A DNA stretch of 46,779 bases from Candidatus Nomurabacteria bacterium (GCA_037134695.1 JBAXLU010000003.1:1-46779), one strand, 5' to 3'. Positions 1 through 8,529 are shown, numbered from the stretch's first letter. Translations and numbers: made by a program. Notes: a model not told the origin generated them from the sequence alone.

Positions 1-1359
1 TCACTTTGTAAGCGTCGTGGTTTTATTTTCCCATCATCAGAAATTTATGGTGGTTTTTCAGGGGTTTATGATTATGGTCATTATGGAACTCTGCTTTTAA
101 ATAATGTAAAAAATGCATGGCAGAAAAATATGGCCCAAGAAAGAATGGATGTTGTCTTGCTAGACAGTGCTATTTTTATGCACCCCATGGCATGGAAAGC
201 ATCAGGTCATGTGGACGGATTTAATGATCCACAGATTGATTGTCGTAAATGTAAAAGTCGTTTCAGAGCTGATCATGTACTTGAAGGTTTTGGTGTACAA
301 GCCGATAAGCAAACTTTGGAATTTATAAATCAAGAACTTGATAAACTCCGTGCTGAAAAGAAATTGGTTTGTTCTAGTTGCGGTAGTGCTGATTTAACAT
401 CCGCAAAAGTTTTTTCACTTATGGTTAAATCCAATCTTGGTTCTCCGACAGACGCTTTGACTGATGAAAATGTTGTTTACTTAAGACCAGAAACTTGTGG
501 AGGTATTTATTTGGAATATAAAAATACTATCGACTCTCTTCATCCAAAACTTCCATTTGGTATTGCTCAAATTGGTAAGGCCTTTAGAAATGAAATTGTC
601 GCAAAGCAATTTGTTTTTAGAACTCGTGAATTTGAACAAGCTGAAATGCAATATTTCCACCACCCATCACAAACAAAAGAAATTTTTGAAGAGTGGCACA
701 AAAATAGATGGGCTTTTTATTTGAATTACGGTATTCCAGAAGAAAAATTACATTGGTATAAACATGAAAAATTAGCTCATTATGCAAGTGATGCTTATGA
801 TATTGAATATAATTATGCGATGTTGGGAGGTTTTAAAGAAATGGAAGGAATACACGCACGAGGGGATTGGGATTTGACTCAACATTCAAAATTTTCAGGT
901 CAAGATCTTTCATATTTCGATGAAGATAAAAAAGAAAGATTTACTCCACACATTGTAGAGACTTCAGCTGGAGTTGCTCGTATGACACTTGCTTTTATAG
1001 ACAATGCTTATGTTGAAGAGGTAGTTAATGGTGAGACACGTGTTGTTTTAAAGTTTGATAAACGCTTAGCCCCAGTAAAAGTTGCAGTTTTACCACTATC
1101 TAAAAAAGAAGAATTATCAAATCCTGCAAAAGAAATTTGGAAGACACTTTCAAAAAAGTTTTTCGTAGAATATGACGATACTCAATCTATTGGTAAAAGA
1201 TATCGCAGACAGGACGAAATTGGCACGCCATACTGTGTGACAGTGGATTTCGATACTTTGACTGATAAAGCGGTAACTGTGCGTGATAGAGACACAATGC
1301 TACAAGAGAGGGTTAAAATAGTTGATTTAGAGAAATATTTACTTGAGAAATTAAGTTAG
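1..1359 (+). CDS. glyS: Glycine--tRNA ligase, alpha2 (homodimeric) type; 5'-partial, starts before the window
   Basis: Frame 1 is open from base 1 (SLCKRRGFIFPSSEIYGG). Contains class II motifs YLRPET, GKAFRNEI and FRTREFEQAE, plus the anticodon-binding domain SIGKRYRRQDEIGTP. Confidence 0.96.
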   Translation, partial: SLCKRRGFIFPSSEIYGGFSGVYDYGHYGTLLLNNVKNAWQKNMAQERMDVVLLDSAIFMHPMAWKASGHVDGFNDPQIDCRKCKSRFRADHVLEGFGVQADKQTLEFINQELDKLRAEKKLVCSSCGSADLTSAKVFSLMVKSNLGSPTDALTDENVVYLRPETCGGIYLEYKNTIDSLHPKLPFGIAQIGKAFRNEIVAKQFVFRTREFEQAEMQYFHHPSQTKEIFEEWHKNRWAFYLNYGIPEEKLHWYKHEKLAHYASDAYDIEYNYAMLGGFKEMEGIHARGDWDLTQHSKFSGQDLSYFDEDKKERFTPHIVETSAGVARMTLAFIDNAYVEEVVNGETRVVLKFDKRLAPVKVAVLPLSKKEELSNPAKEIWKTLSKKFFVEYDDTQSIGKRYRRQDEIGTPYCVTVDFDTLTDKAVTVRDRDTMLQERVKIVDLEKYLLEKLS

Positions 1360-1380
1360 GGTATTGGTATTTTAGTTAGT

Positions 1381-1460
1381 AAAGTTATAAAGTTTATCAA
1401 GTTATAAAGTGGATTTAATCTGAGTTACTTTCAACTTTATGAACTTTATGGACTTTTAAC
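1381..1460. repeat. Inverted pair of 8-9-mer tandem arrays (AAAGTT(T)AT / ACTTTAT)
   Basis: aaagttataaagtttatcaagttataaagt ... actttcaactttatgaactttatggactttta. The same architecture recurs at ~5975 and ~44988. Confidence 0.75.
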
Positions 1461-1470
1461 TGATTAGCTA

Positions 1471-1499
1471 TTTGTACATTTTGTACAAAATGATATAAT
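1471..1499 (+). promoter_or_regulatory. TA operator (two TGTACA palindromes) and extended -10 box
   Basis: tttgtacattttgtacaaaatg includes the perfect palindrome CATTTTGTACAAAATG (1477-1492). TGaTATAAT lies at 1491-1499, 6 nt before the ATG. Confidence 0.7.
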
Positions 1500-1505
1500 C
1501 TTAAT

Positions 1506-1748
1506 ATGAATACAATATCAACAACACATGCACGAGAGCATTTGGGGGAATATCTTGATGAATTGGCCAGGGGTGAGTCCCAAGCTTTTGTTTTTGGGCG
1601 TAGAAATGAACCAGAGGCTGTCCTTATAAAATTTCCGACTTTTTATAATAAGAAAGTTTCTGATATCACAAATGTTAATTCTTACTCAGAAAGTTTTGAT
1701 TTTTTGAATGATGAGCCGGAACTTTATTCTACAAAAGATTTAATATAA
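1506..1748 (+). CDS. Phd/YefM-like antitoxin
   Basis: 80 aa with a Phd/YefM-like N-terminus (TISTTHAREHLGEYLDE...FVFGRRNEPEAVLI), an acidic tail, and a position directly upstream of a toxin gene. Confidence 0.7.
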   Translation: MNTISTTHAREHLGEYLDELARGESQAFVFGRRNEPEAVLIKFPTFYNKKVSDITNVNSYSESFDFLNDEPELYSTKDLI

Positions 1749-1752
1749 ATTT

Positions 1753-2085
1753 ATGACTGTAAAAAAGTCTTTTGAAAGAGGGGGTATTGTTTTAGTACCT
1801 TTTCCTTTTAGTGATTTATCTAAAAACAAAGTAAGACCAGTAGTGGTATTAGCTTCCGATAAAGAAGACTATATTTTTGTTTTTATTACTACAATTAAAC
1901 CAAAAGGTGACTTATATTTAGATATAATACCAAGCAAACATAATAATTTAAAAGTATTGTCATATATAAGATATACAAAATTTGCCAGTTTAGATAGTTC
2001 TATTGTTCTTGGTAAAATAGGCGCACTGTCAACCGCTGAATTTAAGATATTAAAGAAAAGCATAAAAGATTACTTACATTTGTAA
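1753..2085 (+). CDS. PemK/MazF-family toxin
   Basis: ERGGIVLVPFPFSDLSKNKVRPVVVL is a PemK/MazF N-terminal signature; 110 aa. Confidence 0.88.
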   Translation: MTVKKSFERGGIVLVPFPFSDLSKNKVRPVVVLASDKEDYIFVFITTIKPKGDLYLDIIPSKHNNLKVLSYIRYTKFASLDSSIVLGKIGALSTAEFKILKKSIKDYLHL

Positions 2086-2102
2086 GCTTTTTGTTTAAAA
2101 TC

Positions 2103-2131
2103 TTGCAATTTAGGCGAAAAAAGCGTATAAT
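2103..2131 (+). promoter_or_regulatory. sigma70 promoter of rpmG
   Basis: TTGCAA-17 nt-TATAAT, 9 nt upstream of the ATG at 2141. Confidence 0.7.
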
Positions 2132-2140
2132 CCTGTAACT

Positions 2141-2302
2141 ATGTCAAAAGCTCAAGACCGTCTTATTATATTAAAGAACAAGGAAACAGGGGAAGTCTAT
2201 TGGACTGCCAAGAATAAAAAGCTTGTTACTCGTAAAATTGAACTCAAGAAGTATTCAAAGAAACTTCGTAAACATGTGATGTTTAAGGAATCTAAAAAGT
2301 AG
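2141..2302 (+). CDS. rpmG: 50S ribosomal protein L33, Cys-free form (not in the ORF track)
   Basis: Hand translation gives MSKAQDRLIILKNKETGEVYWTAKNKKLVTRKIELKKYSKKLRKHVMFKESKK* (53 aa), with L33 motifs (Y.T.KN, IELKKY, RKHV.FKE). It sits in the canonical position next to tRNA-Trp. Confidence 0.93.
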   Translation: MSKAQDRLIILKNKETGEVYWTAKNKKLVTRKIELKKYSKKLRKHVMFKESKK

Positions 2303-2428
2303 CTAAATCTACAAAATCATTTCATCTACTTTGTCACTACGGAATTTTTCTCAGTCAACGTACTATCTTGTACGTCTCCCTCAAAAAATTCCTAGGCTCC
2401 TTGTATCTGAAACAATTTTCTAGATTTA
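2303..2428. repeat. Stop-adjacent structured repeat, copy 1 (after rpmG)
   Basis: ttcatctactttgtc...ggaattttt...gtcaacgtac-tatctt-gtacgtc...aaaaattcc...ccttgtatctgaa. Confidence 0.85.
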
Positions 2429-2430
2429 TC

Positions 2431-2461
2431 AAAAAATCACTATCCAAAATAGTGATTTTTT
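2431..2461. terminator. Putative intrinsic terminator
   Basis: aaaaatcactat-ccaaa-atagtgattttt hairpin ending in a T tract. Confidence 0.55.
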
Positions 2462-2469
2462 GTTATTAT
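2461..2469 (+). promoter_or_regulatory. Putative extended -10 promoter for the L1-stalk RNA/tRNA-Trp transcript
   Basis: TGtTATTAT. The predicted +1 (~2476) coincides with the first base of the RNA's closing stem. Confidence 0.55.
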
Positions 2470-2475
2470 GTCAAA

Positions 2476-2577
2476 GCGTTCATCAGTTCATGCGTAGGAT
2501 AGGCGGGAGGCTTTGAAGCGATGTTTCCGGATGTCGTGGAGCCAATCTTGAAATACCAGCCCTTGGGTGATGAACGT
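2476..2577 (+). ncRNA. Stand-alone 23S rRNA L1-stalk-like RNA (H76/H77/H78)
   Basis: GTAGGATAGGCGGGAGGCTTTGAAG-[CGATGTT tccg GATGTCG]-TGGAGCCAATCTTGAAATACCAGCCCTT matches the conserved L1-stalk sequence of bacterial 23S rRNA. It is closed by the stem GCGTTCATCA/TGATGAACGT and is not flanked by other rRNA sequence. Confidence 0.8.
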
Positions 2578-2584
2578 ACCCTTT

Positions 2585-2655
2585 GGGCCTATAGTTTAAT
2601 GGTAGAACTTCGGTTTCCAAAACCGCCGGTCGGGGTCCGATTCCTCGTGGGCCCG
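2585..2655 (+). tRNA. tRNA-Trp (CCA)
   Basis: Acceptor stem GGGCCTA/TGGGCCC; D-arm with AATGGTA; anticodon CCA at 2617-2619; T-arm CGGGG-TCCGATT-CCTCG. No encoded CCA end. Confidence 0.92.
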
Positions 2656-2657
2656 CA

Positions 2658-2698
2658 AAATTTAAAACACATAATTTGTAATTATGTGTTTTAAATTT
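2658..2698. terminator. AT-rich hairpin after tRNA-Trp
   Basis: aaatttaaaacacataat-ttgta-attatgtgttttaaattt, a perfect 18-bp inverted repeat. Confidence 0.5.
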
Positions 2699-2745
2699 AA
2701 TTATCAACTACCAACTATTAACTACTGACTATATACTGTTTGTAT

Positions 2746-3828
2746 ATGGATAAAAAACTTCGCGTGGGGATAAATGGTTTCGGGCGTATTGGTCGTGCCT
2801 TTTTTAAAGTCGCTGCAATGCGTGATGATATGGAAGTTGTTGCAGTGAATGATTTAGGAGACATACATAATCTGGCGTATCTACTACAGTACGATACTGT
2901 TTATAAAGTTGCACCTTATGATGTGACGGCAGAAATACACCCCACTTCGCCTGAGGGCTCCGTGGGGCAAGTGCAAGAACAATATTTACTTACCAGTGGA
3001 GCTTTCGAATCAAAAGTCAGAGTCTTCCAAGAAAAAGATCCAAGTGCTATTCCTTGGGGATCACTAAAGGTAGACGTTGTTGTAGAATCAACAGGGCTAT
3101 TTACTACTTATGATAAAGCTATTTTACATTTAAAAGGTGGAGCAAAGCGTGTAGTCATTTCTGCTCCAGCAAAGGAAGGGGAGGATACAAGTGTAAAAGG
3201 GGAGACAATATTACTTGGAGTTAATGAGGAAAAGTTTGGTACATGTGAAGTTACTTCTAATGCTTCTTGTACTACAAATGCATCATCTCCCATTATTGCT
3301 ATCTTAGATGAAGCAATAGGAATAGAAAAAGCCATATTAAATACAGTGCATTCCTATACTGCTTCACAGGGCATTGTAGATGGTCCTAATAAGAAAGATT
3401 TTAGGGAAGGAAGGGCCGCTGCACAGAATATAGTACCTTCATCTACCGGTGCCGCAATTGCTGTTACAAAGGCATTTCCGAGCCTTACAGGGCTTTTTGA
3501 CGGTGTGTCTATTCGCGTCCCTACACCCGCAGGATCGATTGCAGACATCACTTTTATTGCAAAGAGAAATACCACAGCTGAGGAGGTAAACGATATTTTA
3601 AGAAAAGCAGGTGAAGATGTTAGATGGTCAAGTATTTTCCAAGCAACAGATGAAGAATTAGTATCGAGTGATATCATCGGACTTCCTTATGCTTCTATTG
3701 CTGATTTGAAAATGACTCGTGTAGTTGGTGGAAATCTAGTAAAAATTTTAGCTTGGTATGATAATGAGATGGGATATACTAACACCCTCGTAGAACACGT
3801 GTATAGAGTAGGAAAAACTATTATTTAA
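2746..3828 (+). CDS. gap: Glyceraldehyde-3-phosphate dehydrogenase, type I
   Basis: Motifs GINGFGRIGR, SNASCTTN and WYDNE. Start placed at ATG 2746, 8 nt after TATACT. Confidence 0.97.
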   Translation: MDKKLRVGINGFGRIGRAFFKVAAMRDDMEVVAVNDLGDIHNLAYLLQYDTVYKVAPYDVTAEIHPTSPEGSVGQVQEQYLLTSGAFESKVRVFQEKDPSAIPWGSLKVDVVVESTGLFTTYDKAILHLKGGAKRVVISAPAKEGEDTSVKGETILLGVNEEKFGTCEVTSNASCTTNASSPIIAILDEAIGIEKAILNTVHSYTASQGIVDGPNKKDFREGRAAAQNIVPSSTGAAIAVTKAFPSLTGLFDGVSIRVPTPAGSIADITFIAKRNTTAEEVNDILRKAGEDVRWSSIFQATDEELVSSDIIGLPYASIADLKMTRVVGGNLVKILAWYDNEMGYTNTLVEHVYRVGKTII

Positions 3829-3935
3829 TCACCTTTTTGAAGAAATTGTTTATAGGAATTTTTAATTTTTAATTTCTAATTTTTATTGAAATACAGAGAA
3901 TAAGATGATTAAAATTATCTGTTATACTATTAACT

Positions 3936-4400
3936 ATGACAACAATATATTTAGCAACAGATCATGCGGGTTTTGAATTAAAAGAAGAGATTAAAACTTT
4001 TCTTGAAGAGAAGGTAGATTATGAAGTCTATGATTGTGGAGCAATAACTTTGGAGGACGGGGATGATTATCCAGAATATATGGCAAGAGCTGCGGAGAAA
4101 GTTCAGGCGGATGCAATGCACGACCCAGCCGTTGCTGTTATTTTTGGTAAGACCGGAGTAGGTGAGGCAATAGTTGCGAACAGATTTGCCCATGTTCGTG
4201 CCGTTGTTTATGCTGGTGGACCACTTGATGTTATAAAATTATCACGAGAACACAATGATACAAACGTGATCTCAATTGGTGCAAGTTTTGTTTCTGTAAG
4301 TGAAGCTAAGCAAGCAATTGATTTATTTTTGAATACACATTTTTCGCATGATGAACGTCATGTGGATCGTATTCTTCAAATTGAAGAACTAACCAGATAA
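3936..4400 (+). CDS. rpiB: Ribose-5-phosphate isomerase B (RpiB/LacA/LacB family)
   Basis: Motifs ATDHAGFELKE, DDYP, SREHNDTNV and RHVDRI. Confidence 0.92.
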   Translation: MTTIYLATDHAGFELKEEIKTFLEEKVDYEVYDCGAITLEDGDDYPEYMARAAEKVQADAMHDPAVAVIFGKTGVGEAIVANRFAHVRAVVYAGGPLDVIKLSREHNDTNVISIGASFVSVSEAKQAIDLFLNTHFSHDERHVDRILQIEELTR

Positions 4401-4519
4401 GTAAAATTACTTCATCTGCTTTGTTATGAAAGGTTTTTACTCCTGCAACGTACTACTTGTACGTTTTAGTTGTAAAAACCTTTCATGCCTCACATCTAAA
4501 GCAATTTTACTTATCTGGT
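4392..4519. repeat. Stop-adjacent structured repeat, copy 2 (after rpiB)
   Basis: Outer stem accagataagtaaaatt/aattttacttatctggt includes the TAA stop; middle stem atgaaaggtttttac/gtaaaaacctttcat; core acgtac-tactt-gtacgt. Confidence 0.88.
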
Positions 4520-4626
4520 GCCGTGTATTGTATTTGTATTTGACTTGTATTTTCTCCTAACTCCTAACCTGTGAGTTTGTTCTTTTCTTGATATACTAAA
4601 AAGACAGACTAATTTAATTTAAATTT

Positions 4627-5184
4627 ATGAAAAAAATAATAATAACATCCGTTTTAATTGCGGGAACAATTTTTGCAAATGCTCAAAGTGAAGGACGTGG
4701 ACAAAAACAGGAACAGGAACAGAAACAACAACCTCGCGCAAATATGATGAGACGTACCGTACCAGCACAAGTTGTAGCTTCAACTACACGTGCTATGCCT
4801 CCACAAGGAGAGGGACGACCTGAAATAATGCCACCAGTTATAAAAACAGGGGATGATGTAACTGATGCAAAGATAAAAGCATTAACTGTTGAAATGGAAA
4901 CAAAAATAAAAGCCATTCGTGATGAATATCAAGTTAAACTTAAAGAAGTTATTGGTAATAGAAAAATAATTAGTACAATCCCATCTGCACCAGAAATGCC
5001 AGTTTATAAGGAAGTGAGTGACCGAGAAAATGGAAGTAGTACAGAGGGAAAAGCTCCACAACCAGCACCTAGAAGATTATTGGGACAAGTAGAAGGTGTA
5101 AGTACAGAGGGTGTTGGCCAGGCAGTTTCTCAAGATGTTGGTTCACGTATGAGAAATTTCTTTGGAGGGTTATTTGGTAGATAG
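4627..5184 (+). CDS. Hypothetical secreted protein
   Basis: Signal-peptide-like N-terminus (MKKIIITSVLIAGTIFANA), low-complexity Q/P/E segments and a coiled coil. Confidence 0.7.
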   Translation: MKKIIITSVLIAGTIFANAQSEGRGQKQEQEQKQQPRANMMRRTVPAQVVASTTRAMPPQGEGRPEIMPPVIKTGDDVTDAKIKALTVEMETKIKAIRDEYQVKLKEVIGNRKIISTIPSAPEMPVYKEVSDRENGSSTEGKAPQPAPRRLLGQVEGVSTEGVGQAVSQDVGSRMRNFFGGLFGR

Positions 5185-5221
5185 TAATTATGGTATATAG
5201 AGTGTAGAGCGTAGGGGAAGA

Positions 5222-5254
5222 AAATGAGTGGTGACCTTCGGTCACCACTCATTT
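5222..5254. terminator. Hairpin between convergent genes
   Basis: aaatgagtggtgacc-ttc-ggtcaccactcattt, a perfect 15-bp stem flanked by inverted heptamer-like arrays. Confidence 0.65.
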
Positions 5255-5330
5255 GCATTTATGGAAACTTGGAACTGGAAATTACTCTTGTGTTTTCTGT
5301 TCCATACACCATATACCATAAAAACCGTTT

Positions 5331-5969
5331 CTAATGTGCTATTGTAAATGCTATTACATTTTTTGCACCATTTTTTATTAAAACATTTCGTGCCTCTGTA
5401 ATTGTGGCTCCTGTTGTCGTCACATCATCAATTAAAATTATATTTAAATTTAAAATATTTTCCACAACTTTAAAACTATTATGTTGATTTTTTAAACGCT
5501 CACCTCTGTTTGTGGTTTTTACTTGGCGTTTAGGATTTCTTGTACGAAATAATATTTGAGTATTTATTGGAATAGATAATTTTTCAGATATTTCTTTTGC
5601 AATTAATTCTGACTGATTATATCCACGCATATACTTTCTGATAGTCGGCATTGGAATAGGAACGAGGACCCAGTTGATAGTTGTTGGTAGATGGTTGAGA
5701 GTTTTTTGCAATTCATCAGCCACAACAATAGCTAAAGGTTTTATTAAATCCTTTCTATGATAATATTTTATTGCATGGATTATATTTTTAATTTCTTTAT
5801 ATTTAAAACTAAAAATACTATTTACATATAATGCTTGAGTATCTATATTTTTAGGAAAGCTATTTATACAATTGTCACATATAGTTTTTCCATCTTTTTT
5901 ACAAATATAACAACGTGAAGGAAATATAAAATTGATTATTCTTAAAATATAAAGTTTAGTCTTCCACAT
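5331..5969 (-). CDS. comF: ComF-family phosphoribosyltransferase-like competence protein
   Basis: N-terminal CxxC...CxxC zinc ribbon, RGYNQSE, and PRT motif LIDDVTTTGAT. Confidence 0.9.
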   Translation of the reverse strand: MWKTKLYILRIINFIFPSRCYICKKDGKTICDNCINSFPKNIDTQALYVNSIFSFKYKEIKNIIHAIKYYHRKDLIKPLAIVVADELQKTLNHLPTTINWVLVPIPMPTIRKYMRGYNQSELIAKEISEKLSIPINTQILFRTRNPKRQVKTTNRGERLKNQHNSFKVVENILNLNIILIDDVTTTGATITEARNVLIKNGAKNVIAFTIAH

Positions 5970-5974
5970 AGACT

Positions 5975-6087
5975 AAGTTTAGTTCATAAAGCTGGTTAGT
6001 CAAAAGTCCTTAAAGTCGAAAGTCCATAAAGTAGACACGAATTCGGGCCCACTTTCAACTTTACAAACTTTACAAACTTTTTACTTT
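5975..6087. repeat. Inverted pair of 8-9-mer tandem arrays
   Basis: aaagtccttaaagtcgaaagtccataaagt ... actttcaactttacaaactttacaaacttt. Confidence 0.75.
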
Positions 6088-6112
6088 GCACAAGCAGTGT
6101 ATACTTATGTAT

Positions 6113-7183
6113 ATGTCTTTCTTTTCTTCTAAAAATGAAATATTAGAATCAGTCGGACTCGATATTGGATCATCTTTTATTAAAGTTGTTCAACTTAAAC
6201 GTGAAAAAGATAGAATAATTCTAGAAACTTATGGTGAAATTGCTCTTGCCCCTTATGCAGAAATGGTTTCTGGGCAAGCTGTTCATTTAGGAGAAGAGAA
6301 AACCATTGAGGCTTTAAAAGATTTATTTAGAGAAGCAAAAATTACAGCAAAAGATACAACTGTTGCTATTGATCCAGCAGCAGCATATGTTTCTCTAGTA
6401 AAGGTTCCAAAGGTTGACGATGATGAACTTCGTACCATGATGCCAATTGAGGCTCGTAAGTATATTCCGATTCCTTTAACTGACGTACAAATGGATTGGT
6501 GGCACATACCAACTAATATAAATATTGGAGTAGAAGAAAGAATGGTAAATGTGGTTCTCGCTGCTGTAAATAATGAGACGCTTACTAATTATGATCGAAT
6601 AGTACAAAAATTAGATCTAAAAAATGTTGAATATGAAATAAATGGATACAGTTTGATTAGAGGGTCTACTCCACTAGCTAAAGGTATGGTCTTATATGTT
6701 GATATTGGTGCCCAAATCACGACCCTCTCCTTAACTTTTCAGTCTATTGTTTTAGATATGCATGTTATAAGTAGAGGATCTCAAGATAGCACATCTCAAC
6801 TTTCTAAGGCACTTGCTATACCACTTGATGTTGCAGAAGAGACAAAACAAACTTTTGGTTATTTGGGAGATAAATCTAATCCTTACATTAAAGATGTCAT
6901 GGAACTTTCCAGTTATCCACTGTTTGGTGAGGTTGCGCGTCTATCTCTTATGTACGAAAGAAAGTATAATCAGAATATAGAGGGAATTATTCTCTCCGGT
7001 GGTGGAGCACGTGTTCCTGGTTTGATTGATGTATATAATCAAACCGTACATATTGCTGGGCGCGTAGTGACACCATTTGAGCAGATAGAGGTGCCTTCAT
7101 TTTTAGCTGAAATGATAGCAAAAGTTGGTCCATCTTATGCAATAGCTATAGGATGTGCTCTAAAAAAATTAACCCCACAATAA
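6113..7183 (+). CDS. pilM: Type IV pilus assembly protein PilM
   Basis: Actin-like motifs VGLDIGSSFIKVVQL, EARKYIP, VDIGA and ILSGGGA. Start placed after TATACT (6100-6105). Confidence 0.9.
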   Translation: MSFFSSKNEILESVGLDIGSSFIKVVQLKREKDRIILETYGEIALAPYAEMVSGQAVHLGEEKTIEALKDLFREAKITAKDTTVAIDPAAAYVSLVKVPKVDDDELRTMMPIEARKYIPIPLTDVQMDWWHIPTNINIGVEERMVNVVLAAVNNETLTNYDRIVQKLDLKNVEYEINGYSLIRGSTPLAKGMVLYVDIGAQITTLSLTFQSIVLDMHVISRGSQDSTSQLSKALAIPLDVAEETKQTFGYLGDKSNPYIKDVMELSSYPLFGEVARLSLMYERKYNQNIEGIILSGGGARVPGLIDVYNQTVHIAGRVVTPFEQIEVPSFLAEMIAKVGPSYAIAIGCALKKLTPQ

Positions 7184-7190
7184 ATAGTCA

Positions 7191-7970
7191 ATGCCGTTTT
7201 CATTTAAACCAATACAAACAGGAGAAGTTACATCAACAAATAATAATGTTGTTCCTTCGATTTCTTCACCAAGTTTAAATACACAGACACCTACCCCGAT
7301 TGGGGGGATGCCACTTAATGACAGAGTGGAAGAATCACATAAAATTGGCCCACTTCAGATTATTTTGTATGTAATTTTCGGTATAACTGTACTTATTACA
7401 GCGGTTCTTTTTGGCTATAGACAATATTTATTATCACAGATTGATTATAAAAAAGCAGCACTCATTGATCAAGATAAAGATATTAAGACAATTAATTTAA
7501 CAGATATGAGGTATTTATCTAATAGAATAAAAATAGTAAGTCAGGTTTTAAATGAGCATACTTCTGTTCGTACAGCTTTTTTAATTTTGGAAAAAAGTAT
7601 AGAAAATCCTGTAACTTATAGAAGTTTTGATTTAAAAAGAAATCTTTTAAATAAGAATTATGATCTAAAAGTAAAAGCTGTAGCCGCTTCTTATAAAGCA
7701 GTCGCTCAGCAGATAGACACTCTTAGAAGTTCTGAATTTAGTAAAGATTTTATTACTAAAGTTAGTTATGATGGTTTAAATCTTGATTCTAATGGTAATG
7801 TTGATTTTAACTTAAATATGTCTGTCCTTATTTTAGGAAAATTACCAGAATCAGTAGAGTCTATATTAACTAATTCAAAAGGTAATGATAATACACCAAT
7901 GACAGTAAAAGATACTCCGTTTGTGCCTACTTCACCTAAATCAATAAGTGCTAGTACAACACAAAATTAA
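7191..7970 (+). CDS. PilN-like bitopic membrane protein
   Basis: Single TM helix followed by a coiled coil; directly follows pilM. Confidence 0.6.
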   Translation: MPFSFKPIQTGEVTSTNNNVVPSISSPSLNTQTPTPIGGMPLNDRVEESHKIGPLQIILYVIFGITVLITAVLFGYRQYLLSQIDYKKAALIDQDKDIKTINLTDMRYLSNRIKIVSQVLNEHTSVRTAFLILEKSIENPVTYRSFDLKRNLLNKNYDLKVKAVAASYKAVAQQIDTLRSSEFSKDFITKVSYDGLNLDSNGNVDFNLNMSVLILGKLPESVESILTNSKGNDNTPMTVKDTPFVPTSPKSISASTTQN

Positions 7971-7974
7971 ACTT

Positions 7975-8529
7975 ATGTCACCGAAACTTATTAACATATT
8001 ATTACTAGTGTCATCGTTTGCCATATATTACATATTAATGGCTCCTATTTGGACTGGGCAGGGTTCTATTTGGGTTCCTGAAATGGGTGGTATAAACTCT
8101 TTAAGAAACATAGAAGCCCAGTACAGTGATACCTTCTTAAAGGCTAAAGAATTATCTAAACAAGGTAATGAACTAAGTTCTCAATATAAATTAATTAATG
8201 AAGAGACCAGAAGAAAGATGTTATTAATGGTTCCTTTAGGAATAGATAAAATTCGTCTTTTGAGTGAAGTTTATAATATAGCAAATCAGTCTGATGTTGC
8301 GTTGTCTGATGTTTCCGTAAATGAAACCACATCTCCTGACAAACTTAAAGGTTCATATGATGTTTCCTTTAGTGTTAAAACTACATATACAAATTTTAAA
8401 AAGTTTATGATTAACTATGAAAATAGTTTAAGACTATTTACTTTGGAGTCTGTTAATTTCTCTGCACCAGAGAAAATTGATGAGCCTGTTAATTTTAGAG
8501 TATCATTAAAGACTTATTATTTAAAATAA
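7975..8529 (+). CDS. PilO-like protein
   Basis: N-terminal TM, coiled coil, and YTNFKKFMINYENSLRLFTL resembling PilO. Start likely ATG 7975. Confidence 0.7.
   Translation: MSPKLINILLLVSSFAIYYILMAPIWTGQGSIWVPEMGGINSLRNIEAQYSDTFLKAKELSKQGNELSSQYKLINEETRRKMLLMVPLGIDKIRLLSEVYNIANQSDVALSDVSVNETTSPDKLKGSYDVSFSVKTTYTNFKKFMINYENSLRLFTLESVNFSAPEKIDEPVNFRVSLKTYYLK

Noticed and set aside
2476-2577. Part of an rRNA operon or 23S rRNA gene
   Set aside because: Similarity is confined to H76-H78. The flanks are a terminator/promoter and tRNA-Trp, not 23S sequence, so it is reported as a stand-alone RNA.
2483-2707. 74-aa minus-strand ORF
   Set aside because: It is the antisense reading of tRNA-Trp and the L1-stalk-like RNA.
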